Below are positions 49,545 to 60,222 of a stretch of DNA of 64,000 nt, piece by piece (position 1 is the stretch's first letter; each line of letters starts with the position of its first letter). The position numbers were made by a program, and so were the translations under genes. Under the pieces are notes generated by a model. The model saw only the letters and a list, made by a program, of their open reading frames with translations, was not told where the DNA came from and did no database searches. Source of the DNA: an uncultured Chloroflexia bacterium (GTDB taxonomy: Bacteria > Chloroflexota > Chloroflexia > Thermomicrobiales > UBA6265); the NCBI GenBank assembly GCA_963763125.1, contig CAVXMV010000005.1, positions 1,037,562 through 1,101,561 on the forward strand, written 5' to 3'.

Positions 49545-49557
49545 TCACCATTCGTGT

Positions 49558-50157
49558 CTAGTTCAGGACACGTTGCATGAGCCTGCTCGAATTGAATTGG
49601 CTCAGCGCGCTGAGCGCGAAAATGATGACGAAGATGGTCAGCGTCAATTTCTGGGCAAGTGTCTGCGAGGGGTCATCGAGGTCGCCCGCGATGCGTGACG
49701 CATACCAGATCTGCAGGCCATCCACGATCAGGAACGCGCCAGCGGCCGAGGTTGCCAGAATCACGATGAGCTGGCCGAGGCGATGGCCGAAAAAGCCGCC
49801 ACCGGCGATACCGCCAATGACCAGGATCCACATCACGATGTTGTCGGGCGTGGGGCCAAGGATTTCGATGATACCGCCGATGAGGATCGCAATAACGACA
49901 CCGAGGATCGCTCCAGCGATGTACAGGCCGAATCGCGCCAGCGAATAGAGCACAACCGCCCCGACCGCGCCAGCTACCAACGCGACCAGGATCCGGGTAG
50001 TGTCGCTCTGACTATCGAGCAGCCACCATGCGCCGACAAATCCGATCGCGAAGCCGATTGCGGCAAGCGCAAACTTGAAGAGCATGCTGCCGTATACCGC
50101 GATGAAGATACCCGCTGCGATAACGATCGCACCCCAGGCAAACTCAGTGAAATCCAT
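49558..50157 (-). CDS. polytopic membrane protein, DUF4203 (second copy)
   Basis: 'FAWGAIVIAAGIFIAVYGSMLFKFALAAIGFAIGF...' is colinear with the 45548-46195 product. It lies 14 nt upstream of the Vps62-like gene. Confidence 0.6.
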   Translation of the reverse strand: MDFTEFAWGAIVIAAGIFIAVYGSMLFKFALAAIGFAIGFVGAWWLLDSQSDTTRILVALVAGAVGAVVLYSLARFGLYIAGAILGVVIAILIGGIIEILGPTPDNIVMWILVIGGIAGGGFFGHRLGQLIVILATSAAGAFLIVDGLQIWYASRIAGDLDDPSQTLAQKLTLTIFVIIFALSALSQFNSSRLMQRVLN

Positions 50158-50402
50158 GGTCAGCACTCCCCGCAGTATATATGGCCGTTGAGATCGAGAC
50201 TGACCTGAAGCACGGTTGCTTCGGGAATCTCCCGGCAATCACGTCACCGGCACGATCTGCCGCCCGGACGGCGTCCGGGCACATCATGAGTATTTGTCAT
50301 CTTGCATTGAAAATCCATCAACCGTCAATCCGGCGATCGGGCCAGTTTGCCTGAGGATGACTGTCCGGCCCGCATCGCCGGATTGACAGGGCGTGTGCAA
50401 GA

Positions 50403-51755
50403 ATGGCGAAACGCCGGGTTAGCGCATTGTGGGAGGGGGCGACTGTGCTGGATAGACGACCGAGGCTGCATCGATTCCTGGAAAGTCACACCTGGACGCT
50501 GATGGCAATCATCATCCTGATTGCCTTTTTTTCGGCGCTGGGAATGGTCCAGATCGACCAGGCATTGCGGCTCACACCTGATCCCGATCGCATTTGGCTG
50601 TATGGCGGCGGAGCCGATTCCGCGACTGCCGTTTTGTCAGCCGTGACGTCATCGGCGATCACTGTGGCCGGGATCATCTTTTCGGCGACCTACGTCACGA
50701 TGCAACTCGCGTCCAGCCAGTACACGCCTCGCGTGGTGCAGGCGTTGTCACGTCGCTGGAACCTCCAGGTCGTGCTCGGGATTTTCCTCGCGAACTTTGT
50801 CTATTCGCTGGTGGTGCTCCGTTCGGTTCGACCCAGCACCACCGCCCGCCCGGAAGAATTCGTGCCCGTGCTCGCTGTCTCAGTGTGCGTGGCACTGTCT
50901 ATCGCGTGCGTCGGCGTGCTTGTGTACTACATCACGTATGGCATGCACTCGCTCCAGCCGACGTTCCTCATCAATTCAGCCGCCTCGGAAACGGAGCGAC
51001 TCCTCGAGCGGAGCCGCCTCGCCTCATCTAAAATGCAGCAGGGGGCGTCCATCGAGGGACCCATAGCAGTGCCCGACGATGCCAGGATCCTGACGGCTGC
51101 GACATCGGGGTTCATTCAGCGGGTGCGGTTCGAGGAGTTGCTGGCAATCGTGCGCGAGGCCGATGTGGCCGTGAGTCTCGATGGCAATATCGGGCACTTC
51201 TACCTTGCGGGCGAACCGGTCATGTCTGTTTGGCCCCCTGAGGGATGCACTCCGGAGATCGAGCAGAAGGTGCGCGCTACCCTCTCGATTGGTGACGAGC
51301 GGACTCCGGAACAGGACATTGAGTTCGGATTTCGCCGGGTGGCAGACATCATGCTCAAGGCGATTTCGCCGGCCATCAACGATCCAACGACCGCCGAATA
51401 TTGCATCAACACGCTCGGTAACCTGGTGCTGCTGCTGGCAACCGAGGATGAGCCCAGGAGATACCTGGCTGACGACGATGGCACCGTGCGGTTGCTCTGG
51501 AAGGCTGAGCCATTCAATCGATGCGTGCGCACCGCCTTCGGCCAGCTTCGATTCTACGCGGTGCGCGACGCGTCGCTCGTGTGCTACGTGCTGAACGCCT
51601 TCGAGCGCGTGACGTTATTGGTGCCGGAGGGCCGTCGCCCGGTCCTGATCGAGCAGGCAGGCGTCTTGCGGGATGCGGCGCTCGCGGCGACGCCCAGCGC
51701 TGCCGACCGGGCGCTGATCAACCATGGGAGTGCCTGGATTGCCACGTACGCCTGA
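50403..51755 (+). CDS. DUF2254-domain membrane protein
   Basis: N-terminal TM helices with 'QLASSQYTPRVV' (the DUF2254 'QfSPRv' signature) and a large C-terminal soluble domain. Confidence 0.75.
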   Translation: MAKRRVSALWEGATVLDRRPRLHRFLESHTWTLMAIIILIAFFSALGMVQIDQALRLTPDPDRIWLYGGGADSATAVLSAVTSSAITVAGIIFSATYVTMQLASSQYTPRVVQALSRRWNLQVVLGIFLANFVYSLVVLRSVRPSTTARPEEFVPVLAVSVCVALSIACVGVLVYYITYGMHSLQPTFLINSAASETERLLERSRLASSKMQQGASIEGPIAVPDDARILTAATSGFIQRVRFEELLAIVREADVAVSLDGNIGHFYLAGEPVMSVWPPEGCTPEIEQKVRATLSIGDERTPEQDIEFGFRRVADIMLKAISPAINDPTTAEYCINTLGNLVLLLATEDEPRRYLADDDGTVRLLWKAEPFNRCVRTAFGQLRFYAVRDASLVCYVLNAFERVTLLVPEGRRPVLIEQAGVLRDAALAATPSAADRALINHGSAWIATYA

Positions 51756-51882
51756 CGCTCGACGACGCAGTCGGCGCACGGTGGTTGCCAACGATATGTC
51801 CGCTGACGCGGACCGCGGGATCCGCCCATACCTCGAACCGACTTGCGGTGATATCCACCGGCCACATGTTGCATCGCCGATC

Positions 51883-51942
51883 GGGCTGACACCCTGAATG
51901 TTGCCGAGTGAGGAGCCTGCTGGCCCGAGGTCAGCCCCTACG
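51883..51942 (+). repeat. palindromic element, family B (GGGCTGAC...GTCAGCCC-CTACG)
   Basis: 8-bp arms at 51883-51890 and 51930-51937, followed by ctacg. A related copy in the opposite orientation lies at 61345-61416. Confidence 0.65.
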
Positions 51943-52010
51943 CAAGGGGCGCGTTCCTCGCGGAGCCATGCGTATCAATCGTCCCTGGAAAACTGCCCGT
52001 GCAGGAGTGA

Positions 52011-53626
52011 TCAGGCCGGTTGCGCAGCATCCTCGCCCGTTTCAGCGAGCGGGCGGGAGCGGAATGCCTGGACGACCTCATCCAATGTCTGGAAGATGCC
52101 GGCCTGACCGATCGTATCTTCGGAAGCAGCACGTTCCAGCATCGAGCGTACGGGGCTGCGGACGTTGGCGAGCCACACCGCAATGCCTTTGTGGGTGAAA
52201 TCACGGTGGACACTGGCCAGCACATCGAGGCAGGAAATATCAAGTTCGAAGTTCGCTCCCAGGTCGATCACGATCACCGCCGGTTCCGCATCTTCCTGTG
52301 ACACGAGCTCCTTGAGCGAATCGCGCATCCAGGTCGCGTTAACAAAAATCAGCGGCGCGTCCTGCCGGAAAATGAACAATCCGGGCTCGTGCACGGCGTT
52401 TTCATGCCTGGCAGCGGAGACATATGCGGGCGTCCCGGGAACCTGGACGAGTTGGTCGCCGGGGGGCCGGCTGACATGATCCAGCAGGAGCAGGATCGAG
52501 AGCGCCACCGTGATCAGCAGGCCGGGCAGGATTCCGAGCGCCAGCACGCCCAGCAGCGCCAGGCTGGCCAACACGAAACTGTCCCGGCGCAGTGCGAAGA
52601 TCCATAGACAAGGACGAGGAAGCGATCACCGGACCAGCCGACGCCAGCGGGATTCAAGAACGGATCGCCCGATGGCTGCGTCCAGGCCCGCCCGCATTGA
52701 CGGAATTGATGTGTCCAAAGCCACGCTCGATGTCGCCCTCCTTCCCGACGACACCACCTTCCAGGTCACGAACGACGCCACGGGCTGGCAGCTCCTTCTG
52801 GAGCAGGTTGAGCTGCCCACCATTGCGGGGATCGTGCTCGAAGCGACCGACCGTACCGACGATGGCGACACCCTTGTCCGCGAGGTCGAGGACCGTCACG
52901 ACCATGATCGAGGCAGCGACCATCACCAGCGCCGACGGGATACCGGGCGCCAGCTTCGGCAGGACCAGCAACGCTGCCAGGCTGAGACCGCCAATGGCGA
53001 GGGTCCAGCCGCTGGTTTCATCGAGGTGCGTCACCAGGTGCCAGGCCTGCTTGTAAAACGGGCCATCGATCGAGGAGATACCGAACACCTTGAACAACTG
53101 GCCGACCATGATCGTGAGCCCGAGGCCGACGAGGAAGCCTGTCTGCACCGCTGTCGAAAGGAACTGGGAGAGGAATCCCATCCTGAACTTGCCGAGGAGC
53201 AGAAAGACGATGCCGCAGAGAATCGCCAGGGCCGCCGAAAGTGCGGCGTATTCCCCGGGCTCGTTGGTCACCACCAGTGGGGCGACGAGGGAGGCCGAGG
53301 CTGCGTGACGATTGGGCTGGAGTCCGTGAGGTGCCAAACAGGGCGTAGCCGAGGGGCGCCGCGAACGACGCGAACACACCGGCCTGGGGTGGGAGCCCGG
53401 CGATTTGTGCGTAGGCGATGGCTTGGGGAACGACCAGCGCCCACATCGTGAGCCCGGCGAGGATGTCCGGTTTCAGCCACGAGCGCTTGTAGTGCGGCAG
53501 CCACGACGCGATCGGCAACCAGTGCACGATGCGACCATGATTGAGCAACACCTGGTAGACGCCACTGAAATGTGGGCGGACATGGTGCCGCGCTGGAGGC
53601 ACCCAACATTCTGCGACTGGATACAC
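52011..53626 (-). pseudogene. SulP-family anion transporter, disrupted (frameshift, internal deletion and IS remnant)
   Basis: The N-terminus 'WLPHYKRSWLKPDILAGLTMWALVVPQAIAYAQIAGLPPQAGVF' is in one frame and the middle 'FLSTAVQTGFLVGLGLTIMVGQ' in another. Homology stops abruptly at about 52850. The last TM and the STAS domain resume at about 52610. Confidence 0.8.
52612..52848 (+). mobile_element. IS110-family insertion sequence remnant (5' end plus the first ~59 codons of the transposase)
   Basis: 'IDGIDVSKATLDVALLPDDTTFQVTNDATGWQLLLEQV...IVLEAT' matches the DEDD transposase N-terminus of IS110 elements. It is truncated at the SulP junction. Confidence 0.7.
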
Positions 53627-53830
53627 CTTTGGGGTGATACAGGTACGCCCGATGCCGGGTTACATTGGAAATCTCAATAGCGCACCTGCGCAGGTGAGTT
53701 GTGTACTGGCAAATGTAGGGATTGTGGCAGACAGTACAATGCTCTTCATGAGTCTCCACCAGTCCTGGACCATTCGTGGAATCGGGTGCGGACAGTCGTT
53801 CCCGGTCTTGCTGCAAGGGGATGCTGCGAC

Positions 53831-54316
53831 ATGGCGACATTAACGGCGATCAGGTTTGCGACTCCCGACGGAGCGCAACAGGCATTTGAGATGCTGGAGA
53901 ATTTGCAGAAGCAACATCTCATCCAGGTCGAGGACGCGGCTACCGTATCGTGGCCAGTGGGAGCCAAAAAGCCGAAGACCAAACAGGAGTACAGCACGTC
54001 CAGGCGTGGCGCGCTGGACGGCGCTTTCTGGGGATTTCTGTTCGGACTGATCTTCTTCATACCGCTGATTGGAGTCGCCATCGGCGCGCTCACGGGCGCT
54101 CTGACCGGGGCCATGATGGATGTCGGGATCGACGATGATTTCATCAAGAAATCGCGGGCCAACATCACCGAAGGCTCCTCAGCGTTGTTCCTGCTGAGCG
54201 AGAACGCCGTGATCGATCGCGTTGTCGATGCCTTCAAGACGCTTCCGGCGCATGAGCTGATCGCCAGTAATCTCTCCGCAGATCAGGAAGCCAAACTCAA
54301 GGAAGCGTTCGCCTAG
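53831..54316 (+). CDS. DUF1269-domain membrane protein
   Basis: 'LIQVEDAATVSWP', 'GAFWGFLFGLIFFIPLIGVAIGALTGALTGAMMDVGIDDDFIK' and 'GSSALFLL' are a classic DUF1269 layout. Confidence 0.8.
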   Translation: MATLTAIRFATPDGAQQAFEMLENLQKQHLIQVEDAATVSWPVGAKKPKTKQEYSTSRRGALDGAFWGFLFGLIFFIPLIGVAIGALTGALTGAMMDVGIDDDFIKKSRANITEGSSALFLLSENAVIDRVVDAFKTLPAHELIASNLSADQEAKLKEAFA

Positions 54317-54323
54317 GATTCCC

Positions 54324-54353
54324 CAATGCCCCGTGATGCGTCACGGGGCATTG
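54324..54353 (+). terminator. hairpin after the DUF1269 gene (candidate terminator)
   Basis: caatgccccgtga-tgcg-tcacggggcattg, a 13-bp stem. No clear U tract. Confidence 0.5.
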
Positions 54354-54461
54354 CACACCCTCATTCAGTCCCATCCTCGCCACCGTACCGCCCCAGACTG
54401 TTCCCATGTTCGGCATCGGCGCATATGCTTTGGAACCTCGGGTTAGCATGATTGGAATGGG

Positions 54462-55265
54462 ATGATGGACGAGGATCTTTCCCCACCAGAAGAACCAACC
54501 AGCGCCGTTGAGCGACGTATCGAGCGCGCTCGCGGGTTGCAGAACGCGGCCCGCTTCACCGCCATCGCCGGGATCGCCTACGCGGTGCTCTTCATTGCAT
54601 CGTTCTGGCTGCTGACCGACGTCCCGAAACCCGGGTCGACCGAGCAGGAAATCATCGCCTATTACGGATCCGACGAGAGCAATGCGGTCACATTGGTAGC
54701 GCTCTACCTGATGCCATTTTCCGGCATCGCCTTCCTCTGGTTCATCGTCTCGCTCCGGATGTGGATCTCGACCCGCGTCGAACGTCGCGTCAGCATCCTC
54801 TTCTCCAACATCCAACTGGTCAGCGGCGTCATTTTTCTCGCGCTCTTTTTTGCCGCCGCCGCCGCGCTCTCCGTCGCCGCGCTCGCCATCAATGTTGGCG
54901 ACAACAAGCTGAGCCCAATCGCTTCCGCTGAGTTTCCCCAGTATGGAAGTTCGCTCTTCTTCGTATTCGCAATCCGGATGGGCGCCATGTTCGTGTTCAC
55001 GACCACCAACATCGGCAGGGCGACCAAGATCCTGCCCACCTGGTTCGTGCTCGTTGGAGTCGTGGTTGGTCTCACCATGCTGCTTACCGCATCGTTCAAC
55101 CGTGCGCTGATCCTGGTGTTCCCGGTCTGGGTCCTGGTGCTGTGCCTGCTGATTCTGCTGCATGCACGGAGGGCGGCCAAACACTTCATCGAACACGGAG
55201 CGACCGAAGCGGACCTGAACGCGGCGATGCGGCCGGATGCGGCCCGGTTGATCGACCACGAATGA
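54462..55265 (+). CDS. hypothetical polytopic membrane protein
   Basis: Six hydrophobic helices. No motif recognised. Confidence 0.6.
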   Translation: MMDEDLSPPEEPTSAVERRIERARGLQNAARFTAIAGIAYAVLFIASFWLLTDVPKPGSTEQEIIAYYGSDESNAVTLVALYLMPFSGIAFLWFIVSLRMWISTRVERRVSILFSNIQLVSGVIFLALFFAAAAALSVAALAINVGDNKLSPIASAEFPQYGSSLFFVFAIRMGAMFVFTTTNIGRATKILPTWFVLVGVVVGLTMLLTASFNRALILVFPVWVLVLCLLILLHARRAAKHFIEHGATEADLNAAMRPDAARLIDHE

Positions 55266-55314
55266 TGGTGGTTCCGAGCCGGGGAGACGGGTCGAGAGTT
55301 CGAGCAACGCCTCC

Positions 55315-57018
55315 ATGAAAGCGCTCAAGACCCTGGGGTCCCGGTTCTCGGGGTTTCGGCTGCGTCGCCCGAAGCCCACGAAGAGCGATCTCATCTCCGG
55401 GCTGACCAACGGCATCGCCAGCATTCCCGACGGGATGACGTCGGGCGTGCTGGCCGGGATCAATCCGGTCTATGGCCTGTACACGCTCATGATCGGCACG
55501 CCCATTGCGGCGCTGACTGTGTCGACGCAGTTGATGGTGTTCAACACTACCAGTGCAATGATCCTGGTCGCGTCAGATGGTCTGGGTGACTTGCAGGGCG
55601 ACGAGCGCGTGCAGGCGATGATCGGGATTGCGTTGATTGCCGGTGCGTTCCAACTCATGCTCGGGATCCTTGGACTTGGCACACTCACCAAGTTCGTTTC
55701 CAACGCGGTGATGACCGGGTTACTCACCGGGGTCTCGGTGCTGATCATCCTTGGGCAGCTCTGGGATTTCTTCGGGTACAGCGGCTCGGGCGATGGGAAG
55801 TTGGAGAAAACGGCCAACCTGCTCGCCAACTTCAACGAGATCGATATCGCCACCACCCTGATTGCGTTGCTGAGCATTGGCCTGATGATCGGCCTGGGAT
55901 TCACCAGGCTCGGGCAATTCAACCTGCTGATCGCGCTGGCGATCGCCACCGCTGTGGCGTATTTCACGAACAAGGATTCGGTCGCGCTGGTCAGTAGCCT
56001 TGGCGAGATTCCTCGCGGATTGCCTGGTTTCGATGTCCCCAACATCCGGCAGACGCTCACCATGGGCATCACCGGGGTGGCGGTCGGGGTGGTCGGGCTC
56101 CTGCAAGCCGCCGGTGTTGCGCAACGCTATCCGAATCGAGACGGGACCGAACCGGACGATTCCCAGGATTTCATGGCCCAGGGTGTCGCCAATGTAGCCA
56201 GCAGTTTCTTCCAGGGGATGCCGGGTGGCGGGTCGCTCAGCGGCACCGCGCTGGGTGTCAGTGCCGGAGCCCAAACGCGTTGGGCGTCGTTTTCCATTTC
56301 GGTCGTCGTCATCGTGTCCGTGCTCATTTTTGCGGGCTTGCTCGAGCTGATCCCGATGGCGGCGCTGGCCGCTCTCCTGATTTACAGCGCAGCGCTCTCC
56401 ATCAAGTTTCCGCTGATCATCTCCGTGCAGAAGACGAACTGGCGCTCCCGGCTCGCGATGGTCCTGACATTTCTCCTTGCGCTGGTCATGCCCCTGCAAC
56501 AGGCGATCGTGCTCGGGGTCGTGGTCGCTGCCGTCCTCTTCGTCTATCGATCGAGCACCGATATCAGGGTCACACGCCTCCAGCGCGAGGAGCATCACTG
56601 GGTCGAATCCGATCCACCGGACACGGTCCAGAGCGGACAGACGCTGCTGCTCGATGTCTTTGGCAGCCTCTTCTATGCGGGCGCCCGAACCCTGGCGAGC
56701 ATGCTGCCCAAGGTCCAGGGGGCCGAGGATGCGGTGGTGATCTTGCGGATCCGGGGCCAGGGCGATGTGGGGAGTACGCTGCTCAATGTCCTCAACAAAT
56801 ACGCCGGCCAACTGCAGGACGGCGGTGGGATGCTGATGTTGACCGGCGTCGATCCTGCCGTGAAGAAACGCATGGACGAGTCGAAGCAACTCGAAACGAT
56901 TGGCCCGGAGCACGTCTTTGCGGCCACGCATATCCGCCACCAATCGATCGAGGAAGCCGAAGCGGCGGCCGACGAGTGGCGCAAGGCGCATGTGGCTGGC
57001 AGCCCCTCGGGCGGGTGA
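55315..57018 (+). CDS. SulP-family inorganic anion transporter with a STAS domain
   Basis: 'SDLISGLTNGIASIPDGMTSGVLAGINPVYGLYT', a polytopic core, and a C-terminal STAS 'LLLDVFGSLFYAGA...VVILRIRG'. Confidence 0.9.
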   Translation: MKALKTLGSRFSGFRLRRPKPTKSDLISGLTNGIASIPDGMTSGVLAGINPVYGLYTLMIGTPIAALTVSTQLMVFNTTSAMILVASDGLGDLQGDERVQAMIGIALIAGAFQLMLGILGLGTLTKFVSNAVMTGLLTGVSVLIILGQLWDFFGYSGSGDGKLEKTANLLANFNEIDIATTLIALLSIGLMIGLGFTRLGQFNLLIALAIATAVAYFTNKDSVALVSSLGEIPRGLPGFDVPNIRQTLTMGITGVAVGVVGLLQAAGVAQRYPNRDGTEPDDSQDFMAQGVANVASSFFQGMPGGGSLSGTALGVSAGAQTRWASFSISVVVIVSVLIFAGLLELIPMAALAALLIYSAALSIKFPLIISVQKTNWRSRLAMVLTFLLALVMPLQQAIVLGVVVAAVLFVYRSSTDIRVTRLQREEHHWVESDPPDTVQSGQTLLLDVFGSLFYAGARTLASMLPKVQGAEDAVVILRIRGQGDVGSTLLNVLNKYAGQLQDGGGMLMLTGVDPAVKKRMDESKQLETIGPEHVFAATHIRHQSIEEAEAAADEWRKAHVAGSPSGG

Positions 57019-57063
57019 CGATTGGGTGCACGGGAATGTTGTGCGGGAAAGCGGGGAGGACGG

Positions 57064-58831
57064 ATGGCGGCAGCGGCGAGCGAACAAGGCTCATCGATCA
57101 TGGAACGCGTGGCGAGATTTATCCCGATCCTGACCTGGGGGCGGGCATACGACAAGAAGTGGCTCCAGCCGGACCTGCTGGCCGGGGTCACGGTGGCGGC
57201 ATTCTCGGTACCGGAGAACATGGCCTATGCCTCGCTCGCCGGACTCGCGCCGCAGTACGGCATGTATGCCAGCCTTCTGGCGCTGATCGCCTACGCCGTG
57301 TTCGGGACCTCCAGACAGCTTTCGGTCGGGGTTACTTCGGCACTCTCGATCATGGTTGCCGGGACCCTTGGCGGGATGGCTTTCGCCAATCCCGATGACT
57401 ATGCGGCAGCGGCCGGTTTCGTGGCGATCGCCGCCGGTGGGATTGCGCTGCTGGCTGGCATCTTCCGTCTCGGATTCGTGGTCAATTTCATTTCCGAATC
57501 GGTCCTGGTCGGTTTTTCCGCCGGCGCTGCGCTGTTCATTGGATCGAGCCAGATCGCAAAGCTCTTTGGCATTGAAGGGGTGCAGGGGAATTTTTTCGAG
57601 CGGATGTGGAACGTACTCAAGAACCTGGGCGATACCAACTACTGGAATCTCGCGCTCGGCCTGGTCTCGATCGCTGCGCTTCTCTTCTTTGAAATCAAGC
57701 TCCCGCGGTTGCCGGGCGCCCTGATCGTGGTGCTCGCGGCGATTGCCGTGATGTGGCTCTCGAATCTCGAGGACCGGGGCCTGAAGGTGGCGGGGGCCAT
57801 CCCGCGAGGCTTGCCGGGACCGGAGATCCCGACGATTGATGCATCGGATTTGTCGACGCTCCTGGGGCTTGCATTCGGTCTCTTCCTGCTCTCCTACATC
57901 GAGGGGATCGGCGCGGCGCGGACGTTCGCCACGGCCCACAAATACAAGATCGACGCCAACCAGGAGCTGATCGCCAACGGCGCGGCAAACATCTCGGCTG
58001 GCCTGTTCCAGGGCTACAACGTTGGCGGCAGCATGTCGCGCTCCGCCGTCAACGATTCCGGGGGAGCCAAATCGCCAGCGGCGAGCCTGTTTGCGGCGAT
58101 CATCCTCGCGATCGTCCTGCTCTTCCTGACCAAGCCGTTCAGCTACCTGCCGGAGGCGACGCTGGCGGCAGTCGTGCTCGTTGCCGTGAAGAGCCTGGTC
58201 AAGGTGCCGGCGATCCGGCGGTTGTGGGCGGTCAGCAGGCCCGACTTCCTGGCGGCGCTGCTCACATTCCTCGGGGTGCTGACCTTCGGCATGCTCGAAG
58301 GCATCATCATCGGCGTGCTGTTCACGTTCCTCACCCTGCTCAAGCGGGTCTCGATGCCACAAACCTCGCTGCTGGGGCGGAAGCCGAACACATCAGAGTT
58401 CGTGGACGTGACGCGGAATCCCGATGCCGAAGTCGTGCCGGGATACCCTCCTCTTCCGGGCTGACTCGGGCTTGTTCTACGCCAATGCTCCGCTGATCAA
58501 GGACGATCTGCTGCAAGACATCGATGCCCGCGAGACGCCGCCGAAACTGGTCGTGATCGATATGGCGTCGGCGCCGCTGGTTGATCTTGGAGCGGTCGAT
58601 ACGCTGGGCGAGATCCAGGAAGAACTGGACGATCGGGGGATATCCCTGCGGTTGGCGGGCGTCTACGGCGAGGTGCGCGATTTCCTTACGAAGGCGGGGT
58701 ATGCAGACCAGTTTGAACCTATCGTACCGGACGAGCCCATCGGCGAAGTACTCAGAAGCTGGCAAGAGGCGTCTCCGGAGCCTCCCAGCACCAATCGGAC
58801 CGCTGCCACGACTCCGTCGAAGGCCGGGTGA
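57064..58831 (+). pseudogene. SulP-family anion transporter with a +1 frameshift before the STAS domain (near 58444)
   Basis: The core ends '...NPDAEVVPG' in frame 1. The STAS domain 'TLLFRADSGLFYANAPL...VVIDMASAP' continues in frame 2. One extra t at about 58444 is responsible. Confidence 0.8.
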
Positions 58832-58857
58832 CATGTCGATCCGGAAGGTGATATGCG

Positions 58858-60065
58858 ATGTCCAGTAACGCTCCGTCCCCATCGACGGAGGCCGCAGAAC
58901 CGCGCCTGACAAGGGGAGCCAAGGTCTTCTCGATCTTCGTCCTTGGAACCCTGCTGCTGATCGTTTGGCTGGCGCGCAATGGGCTTGGCCCATATCTCAT
59001 CGCGGTCCTCTTCATCTATTTGCTGCTGCCGGTGGTCCATTTCATTGAGCGGTTGCTGCCCGATCATGGCTGGATCGGGAAAGCCAGTCGTCCCATTGCC
59101 GCCATTGGCTCCTCGGTGCTGGCACTGACGTTTGTGCTGATCCTGATTGGCACGTTGCTGGGCCCGATCATCGACGAGACTCAGGAGATGCTGCTGGACT
59201 TCTCGACGTACTGGCAAACGATCAAGGCCGACAATCCCGATTTCCTCTCGACCTATGAAGACGTGGTGCCCGAACAAGCCCAGGCCTGGATCGAAACCCA
59301 CATCCAGGAAATCGGCGCCAATCTCATCGCTGGCATCGTATCGGTTACGGAATGGCTCCTGAACTCAACCGGCAGCGCCGTGTCGACAATCGTCTCCCTC
59401 GTCACGATTCCGCTGTTCATCGTCTATTACCTGATTGACCAGAAATCGACGGCGCGCACCCTGCGGCGGCAGTTCCCGCAGGCGTGGTCGGAGGATGTGA
59501 TCTCGATGTTCCGGATCGTCGATCGCGTGTTCGGCGCCTACACCCGGGGCGTGATCCTGGAGGCATTGATCGTCGGTGTCATTACCGGGTTCGGCTACTG
59601 GGCGATCGGCGTCGAGGCGTTCCTGCCCCTTGGCGTGGTCGCGCTCATGGGCGAGATCGTGCCGATGATCGGGCCGTGGATCGCCTTTATCATCTCCTTC
59701 CCGGTGGTGCTGGCGACCCAACCCGAGCTGGCGATTCCGGCCGTGATCCTGTTCGGGTGATCCAGATGCTGGAAGGCTGGTTCCTGGCGCCGCAGATCCA
59801 GGGCAACTCCAATGATTTCACCAACTCGGGCACACTGATCATTCTCGCGATCGGTGGCGCCCTGGCGGGCGGGCTGGGGGTCGTTTTCGCCTTGCCGGCC
59901 GCCGGTCTGGTCCGGGCGCTGACGGTCTACACCTTTCTCCGCCTCCAGGGGCACGATCCGGAAGGCGCAATCAATGGATTGAGGATCTTCCGCGAGGAGG
60001 CACATAAACTCAGGCGCAACAACAGACCTGACGACGACCCCGGCACGGCGTTGCCACCGGCCTGA
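58858..60065 (+). pseudogene. AI-2E family (PerM/UPF0118) transporter with a -1 frameshift near 59757
   Basis: '...AIPAVILFG' followed by a stop in one frame continues as 'VIQMLEGWFLAPQIQG...' in another. This is consistent with one G missing from a G run. Confidence 0.8.
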
Positions 60066-60222
60066 TCGCCGCTTTGGTCCTGGGCAGTGTTTGACAACCC
60101 CACCGGCGACGCACATCATGAGTCATCGGCGCCGGCCTGGCCGACCTGCATTGACCCTGGACGTGCTGCCATGACCTCACCTTCCTCCAGTCCAACCGAC
60201 GTCTTGCCGGGAGATCCAGCCA

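Noticed and set aside
45419-49580. ORFs 45419-46630 (-), 47482-48651 (-), 48627-49580 (+) and 45484-46386 (+).
   Set aside because: Out-of-frame or antisense reads of the membrane-protein genes. The alternative frames give coherent TM-helix proteins, whereas these give R/P/G/D-rich strings.
55720-58362. ORFs 55720-57087 (-, 455 aa) and 57091-58362 (-, 423 aa).
   Set aside because: Antisense shadows of the two plus-strand SulP transporter genes. The translations are charged and low-complexity with no TM pattern.
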